From the NCBI GenBank assembly GCA_016200895.1, contig JACQDX010000083.1:2400-66399 (forward strand): 64,000 nt of DNA, read 5' to 3'. This DNA comes from Burkholderiales bacterium. GTDB lineage: Bacteria > Pseudomonadota > Gammaproteobacteria > Burkholderiales > Burkholderiaceae_D. The translations under genes and the position numbers were made by a program. Below are positions 59,271 through 64,000 of this stretch, one piece after another; position 1 is the stretch's first letter; the number at the start of each line of letters is the position of its first letter. The notes under the pieces were generated by a model, which saw nothing but the letters and a program-made list of their open reading frames with translations, had not been told where the DNA came from and made no database searches.

Positions 59271-60518
59271 TCAGGTACTGCGGGTAGCAGTGGCGGGCGA
59301 AATCGACGCAGCACGTGCCGCCGGTCCCACCACCGCGATAATACCAAGTATCCAGAAAATTACACTGCCTCCCAGCAAATAAGGCACAGGCAATTTCGTC
59401 AATTCCAGCTTGCTGACCAATAATTGGTTCAAGGCTACCGCCAGTGCGAGGCCGCAAGCAATACCAAAGCTGGTGATCATCAGGTTTTCTGTGACGAAGT
59501 AACGCAAAATATCCGCTCTGCGTGCTCCCAGAGCGCGGCGTACTCCTATATGTTTGCGGCGTTGGGTAACCCACAGACTGGAAATGCCGACGATGCCACT
59601 GGCAGTCACCAACAAAAGCAAGACGCAGACTGCGATCAGCATCCAGGCCAGGCCGCTGTCAGCACGATAACGCCTGCTGCGGTCTTCTTCCATGCTGCGT
59701 GTTTTGGTAATGATAGGGTCGGCTGAAGCTGCGCGCAATGCCGCTTCGACATCTTTCATGACGCGGTCACGCTGACCTGGCTGGGCGCGCACTGAGAACA
59801 TGGAGTAAGGGTCATTCGACATACGTACTGGAAACAGCGCAGAGTCTTCACTGCTAGCACCTGTTTGTGCGCCATGAGTCTGCAAGTGCTCTACCACGCC
59901 AACAATACGTGTTGCATTGGCATCGTCACCCACACCGAAGTAAAGGGTTTTACCAACTGCGCTGGCGTCACCGGGATACAATTTCTGCGCCAACGATTTT
60001 GTTATGATGATGGAATCAACAAAATCCTTGCTGGTACTGGGATCAATTTCACGATAATCATCTGCATTGAAGTCTCGTCCTTCCAACAGCTTCAGACCCC
60101 AGTGCTTGATCAAAGAATCAGCCGAGATATACATGGAGACACTGGCATTGGTGTTGGTTTGCTTTTTGTCCAGCGCAACACCAGTCGTGCTGCCTGAGCG
60201 TGACATTGGAACCTGGCTGACGCGAAGTACTGATGTGACACCAGAAACCGCACGTATGGTCGCTTCATCCCGTCTTTGCTGGGCGATTTGTGCTGCATGG
60301 TCACCCGTTTTCTGATTATTGATGGAGACGGCGAATAATTCACTCTCCGCATTTACGCCGCTGGGCCTGTCTATTACAGCCAGACGCAAATTGACGATAT
60401 ACACTGCATTGGCCAGGATGGCCAGGCTGATGGCTATCTGAAGCGCCACCAGGATGGCACCAGTCTTGCTGCGCATCAGGGCAGACAAAATGGGGCGGAT
60501 TTCCAGATTCATTTTCAT
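59271..60518 (-). CDS. ABC transporter permease, FtsX/MacB-type
   Basis: N-terminal TM, a large periplasmic domain and a C-terminal FtsX-like three-TM bundle (…RRKHIGVRRALGARR.DI…). Confidence 0.88.
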   Translation of the reverse strand: MKMNLEIRPILSALMRSKTGAILVALQIAISLAILANAVYIVNLRLAVIDRPSGVNAESELFAVSINNQKTGDHAAQIAQQRRDEATIRAVSGVTSVLRVSQVPMSRSGSTTGVALDKKQTNTNASVSMYISADSLIKHWGLKLLEGRDFNADDYREIDPSTSKDFVDSIIITKSLAQKLYPGDASAVGKTLYFGVGDDANATRIVGVVEHLQTHGAQTGASSEDSALFPVRMSNDPYSMFSVRAQPGQRDRVMKDVEAALRAASADPIITKTRSMEEDRSRRYRADSGLAWMLIAVCVLLLLVTASGIVGISSLWVTQRRKHIGVRRALGARRADILRYFVTENLMITSFGIACGLALAVALNQLLVSKLELTKLPVPYLLGGSVIFWILGIIAVVGPAARAASISPATATRST

Positions 60519-60525
60519 CTTGTTC

Positions 60526-61839
60526 TCACTGTGATTTAAGTTGTATGGCCGGTGTTACCTGGCATGCGCGCCAGGTAGGGAATAAGCCCGCCAGCAAGGC
60601 AGCGCAGACCGACATGACAAAGGTGAGTGACAACATTTGCCAATCCATATGGGCAACAACAGTCAATTGTTTTGATTGCAGGGAAATCAGGGCAAGTGCA
60701 CCAAATGCCAGCAGCAAGCCAAGGACGCCACCAACCAGGCCGATGACACTGCTTTCAATCAGGAATTGCGTGAAGATTTCACGACGTGAAGCACCCAGCG
60801 CACGGCGTACACCGACTTCAGAAGCGCGCACAGAGAATTTGGCGAGTAACAGACCTACAGTATTCACCAGACATAACAGCAAGAAACCAAAGGCCAGCCA
60901 TGCCGACAGACGATTATCGTTACCGACTACCTTGGTTTCTTCAAGCCATTCCATGACATTGTAGACTTTGTTTTCAGCCTGTCTCTGGAAGCGGCCAAGC
61001 TTGTATTGTTCTTTCGTATAATTACCGAGATAGTCTTTCAGCGCCTCTTTTTGCGATGCGGATTTCAGCTCGAACCAGAAATGCATCCATGTACATTCTG
61101 ATTCCAGGCGGCCCTGCCAGCCTGGTTTTATGTCGCCCGAACAGCTCATGCCTCCATCGTGGGTGATTTCATGGCGTATGGCTGTGCTGAACGGAATCAC
61201 AAATTCATCAAAGACGCCAAAAGCTGATGAGCGTCCTGAAAAGCGATAATAACGTGGGCTTGGTTCCCAGGTGTCCAGTACGCCAACGATATTGAATTCA
61301 TGACCTATCATGATCATGTGTTGACCTACCGGATTGCTACTGCCAAACAATTTTTCGGACAGACCACGGCTCAGTACCACGACATCTTCAGCCTTGGCAT
61401 CACTATCTTCCTGCCATGCTTGCCCGAACAGAAACGGCGTGTCGAACATGGCAAAGAAATCATGGGTCGCAGCAGCCCCCGCCGCAGTCATGGCCCCGAG
61501 GTCTTTGCGTGCAGGCTCTATCGCCATCTCCACGCCATATAAAGCAGTTCGTCTTTCACCTTGTTTACTGGCCAAAAAATTGATGGAATCGATATAACTC
61601 AACTGATGGTCATTTGGTTTTTCACCCTTCACATAACCCTTTGCAGGGCCATTGTCTACCATAGGCATGATCAACCGGCTGCTTTTCTGCGGGATAGGGT
61701 CGCCCGACATGACATGCAGAATGGTCAGTGTGGAGATACTGGCAGCGACACCGATCGCCAGCGTCAAAACCATCAAGGCAGTCAGGGCGGGGTTGCGGCG
61801 CAGGCTGCGCAAGCCCAATAAGAAATAATACTTCAACAT
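60526..61839 (-). CDS. ABC transporter permease, FtsX/MacB-type (second paralogue)
   Basis: Same architecture as the neighbouring permease (…RASEVGVRRALGASRREI…). Confidence 0.88.
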   Translation of the reverse strand: MLKYYFLLGLRSLRRNPALTALMVLTLAIGVAASISTLTILHVMSGDPIPQKSSRLIMPMVDNGPAKGYVKGEKPNDHQLSYIDSINFLASKQGERRTALYGVEMAIEPARKDLGAMTAAGAAATHDFFAMFDTPFLFGQAWQEDSDAKAEDVVVLSRGLSEKLFGSSNPVGQHMIMIGHEFNIVGVLDTWEPSPRYYRFSGRSSAFGVFDEFVIPFSTAIRHEITHDGGMSCSGDIKPGWQGRLESECTWMHFWFELKSASQKEALKDYLGNYTKEQYKLGRFQRQAENKVYNVMEWLEETKVVGNDNRLSAWLAFGFLLLCLVNTVGLLLAKFSVRASEVGVRRALGASRREIFTQFLIESSVIGLVGGVLGLLLAFGALALISLQSKQLTVVAHMDWQMLSLTFVMSVCAALLAGLFPTWRACQVTPAIQLKSQ

Positions 61840-61850
61840 ATTCTTGCTCC

Positions 61851-62606
61851 TCAGGCCACAGCCGAACGATCGACTTCATTGGCAGAATCAGCATCTGTAT
61901 GCCCATCTGCCTTGGCGTCATACAACGAAGGTATCTTACGCACCAGATCACTGACCTGGCCGTCGATAATATGCACGTTGCGCTGGGCACGTACGGCCAG
62001 TTCCGGGTCATGCGTGACCATCAAAATGGTCGTGCCCTTGGCATTGATTTCTTCCAGTAATTCCATGACACTTCGTGCCATCTGGGTATCCAGATTACCG
62101 GTAGGTTCATCGGCTAGTAACAGCTTTGGCGAGCCAGCCAGGGCGCGGGCAATTGCCACACGCTGTTGCTGGCCACCTGATAGTTCAGCCGGATAGTGTT
62201 TCATGCGTGAAGCCAGGCCAACCTGTGCCAGTGCTGCCTCTATGCGTTCCTTGCGTTCTGCCGTATTAAAGCCGCGATAACGCAGGGGGACATCGACATT
62301 GTCGAACAGGTTCAGGTCGGGGATCAGGTTGAAACCCTGGAAAATGAAACCCAGTTTTTCATTACGCAGACGGGTGCGGGCATTGTCATTCATGCCTTTT
62401 ACATTGATGCCATCGAGCAGGTAATCACCATCATTGAATTCTTCCAGCAAACCGGCAATGTTCAGGAACGTGGTTTTGCCAGAACCGGATGGTCCGGTGA
62501 CGGTGACGAACTCACCTTGCTTGACATGGATGTCAAAGCCGCGCAGGGCATGGGTTTCGATCAGATGCGTACGATAAACTTTGCTGAGATTTTTCATGCG
62601 TAACAT
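61851..62606 (-). CDS. ABC transporter ATP-binding protein (MacB/LolD-type)
   Basis: Walker A GPSGSGKTT, signature LSGGQQQRVAIARAL and Walker B LLLADEPTGNLD. Confidence 0.93.
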   Translation of the reverse strand: MLRMKNLSKVYRTHLIETHALRGFDIHVKQGEFVTVTGPSGSGKTTFLNIAGLLEEFNDGDYLLDGINVKGMNDNARTRLRNEKLGFIFQGFNLIPDLNLFDNVDVPLRYRGFNTAERKERIEAALAQVGLASRMKHYPAELSGGQQQRVAIARALAGSPKLLLADEPTGNLDTQMARSVMELLEEINAKGTTILMVTHDPELAVRAQRNVHIIDGQVSDLVRKIPSLYDAKADGHTDADSANEVDRSAVA

Positions 62607-62639
62607 GGGATATTCCTTCTTAAATTAATTAGTTATTAA

Positions 62640-63908
62640 TCAGTTGTTAATGGAAACGCTGTTCGCGCTTTCAAAAGTATCGGTACCGGATATCACGACT
62701 TTGTCGCCGTCCTTCAAACCACTGAGAATTTCTACTGCAGAGATACTGGTTGCACCCATTTTGATAGGTCGGCGCTGGGCGACACCGTTTTCCACGACAT
62801 AGGCAAAGCGTCCGCCGTCTGCCTCGACGAAGGGGCCGCGTGGCAAAATCATGACGTTGGTTTTTTCTTCCATCAACAATCTGGCCGAAACGCGCTGGCT
62901 TTGACGCAGGCCTTCAGGCTGTTTGTCACTGAAACGTACTCTGGCGAGTATCTGGTTCTTCACCACTTCAGGTGAGATGGCAGTCAAAGTACCCATGATC
63001 TTGTTATTGTTGATCATGATTTCTGCTTTCATGCCCAAGCCCAGGTCTGTCATATACGATTCAGGGATTTCCACTTCCACTTCAAGCTGCGACAGATCAA
63101 CCAGGGTCATCAGTGCTGTATTGGCGGCCACGACACTGCGGTTGGAAATGGCCAGGCTGCCGATGATGCCGTCTACTGGCGCACGCAGTTTCAACTCATC
63201 GACACGGCGTTTGGCAAAGTCCAGGCTCAGGCGCTGGCGTTGCAACTGGCTCATCTTGGTTTTTAATTCCAGAGTCACATCTTCGTTTTCCAGATCGGCA
63301 GCCTGTGCTGCATGCTTGGAGCGGATCTCTGTCGAATGCATAGCATCCTGGGCCTTCAGGAAATCATTCTTGGCGACCACACCAACGGCACCAGCTGTTT
63401 CTATGCGTTGGAAGGCGCGCTGCGCTGCAATGCGTTCTATCTCAGCCTGGTCGGCATCGCGTCTGGCGATCAGTTTTTGTTTCTTGGCGAGGATTTGCTG
63501 ACGTGCGACTTCTGCTTCAAGTTGCTCGGTATTCGATTGTTCGCGTTTGAGCTGGTCATTCAGGTCGGGAGATTCAATCTCGGCGACGATATCGCCTTTC
63601 TTGACGGTGTCGCCAGCATTGGCTTTCAAGGTCACGGTACCACCGGCACTGGAATATAAGGTTGGGCTGATGGCGGCGACGATACGACCATTGACTGAAG
63701 CATCCCTGACCAGGGTGCCGTGACTGACTGTAGCAATGCGCAAGCGTGATGCATTCACCGACTGGCTGCTGCCACGCCATGCCGACATCAGCAATACCAG
63801 ACCAGCGATACCGACCAGCGTGGCGACGCCAGCAATGATGACGCGCTTGCGTTTTTGTCCCTTATCGGCGGCCAACACCGTATCCTGGCCTGAAGTGTCT
63901 CTTATCAT
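62640..63908 (-). CDS. periplasmic adaptor subunit (HlyD/MacA family)
   Basis: N-terminal TM anchor, biotinyl/lipoyl-like motif (…GD.VKKGD.VAEIESPDL…), a long coiled-coil and a beta-barrel region. Confidence 0.88.
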   Translation of the reverse strand: MIRDTSGQDTVLAADKGQKRKRVIIAGVATLVGIAGLVLLMSAWRGSSQSVNASRLRIATVSHGTLVRDASVNGRIVAAISPTLYSSAGGTVTLKANAGDTVKKGDIVAEIESPDLNDQLKREQSNTEQLEAEVARQQILAKKQKLIARRDADQAEIERIAAQRAFQRIETAGAVGVVAKNDFLKAQDAMHSTEIRSKHAAQAADLENEDVTLELKTKMSQLQRQRLSLDFAKRRVDELKLRAPVDGIIGSLAISNRSVVAANTALMTLVDLSQLEVEVEIPESYMTDLGLGMKAEIMINNNKIMGTLTAISPEVVKNQILARVRFSDKQPEGLRQSQRVSARLLMEEKTNVMILPRGPFVEADGGRFAYVVENGVAQRRPIKMGATSISAVEILSGLKDGDKVVISGTDTFESANSVSINN

Positions 63909-63941
63909 GATGTTTCCATTAAACAGTTTGCATACTGTTTA

Positions 63942-63956
63942 GCAGAAACTGTGCCA
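63942..63956 (-). promoter_or_regulatory. candidate sigma-54 promoter for the efflux/two-component operon
   Basis: The minus strand reads TGGCACagtttCTGC, with correct GG-N10-GC spacing, 33 nt upstream of the adaptor gene ATG. Confidence 0.6.
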
Positions 63957-64000
63957 GTTTTAAGTCATTGATTTATATGGTAATTTTATTGATGACTGAT

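Overview
The window looks like a chromosomal segment of a moderate-GC betaproteobacterium, probably Burkholderiales or Oxalobacteraceae-like. That placement is inferred from gene order only. About 1-21.4 kb is conserved housekeeping: the tail of an mla-type STAS gene, an ABC-2 exporter, bolA/ibaG, murA, hisGD-[DNA methyltransferase]-hisCBHAFIE, a HIT gene, tatABC, a DUF2461/DegS-like protease pair, a Nif3-like gene, mscL, petABC (cytochrome bc1), sspAB and tRNA-Thr(UGU). The rest mixes core genes (ubiX, grxD, tex, an ABC-F ATPase) with accessory envelope, secreted and regulatory genes. These include a DPP-IV peptidase; a GST/DoxX/LysR group; a phytase-like lipoprotein facing a secreted CYTH-like protein; and an AcoR-like sigma-54 activator with an aldehyde dehydrogenase/DUF779 pair behind a textbook sigma-54 promoter. 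Further along are a HAF-repeat protein; a translationally coupled MORN-repeat/membrane/hydrolase trio; a four-gene lipoprotein module (COG3014-like, YcfL, LpoB-like, CsgG/LpoB-like); a decayed PhoD; and an orphan TonB. The last part holds three two-component systems, a triple-YbjQ protein, a Tat-lipoprotein dioxygenase-like protein, and a sigma-54-controlled MacAB-type efflux operon. I found no rRNA, CRISPR array, transposase, integrase, phage genes or recognisable defence system. I could not identify a clear-cut novel multi-gene system. The observations I consider most worth follow-up are: (1) two tandem 80-bp structured repeats whose sequence differences are almost all compensatory base-pair changes (45575-45734); (2) an orphan beta-class DNA methyltransferase embedded in the his operon; (3) the uncharacterised lipoprotein module at 41.3-44.8 kb; (4) the coupled MORN/membrane/hydrolase operon; (5) a Shine-Dalgarno-led 28-codon ORF upstream of the ABC-F gene. 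All functional calls come from motif and family recognition by eye, with no database searches.
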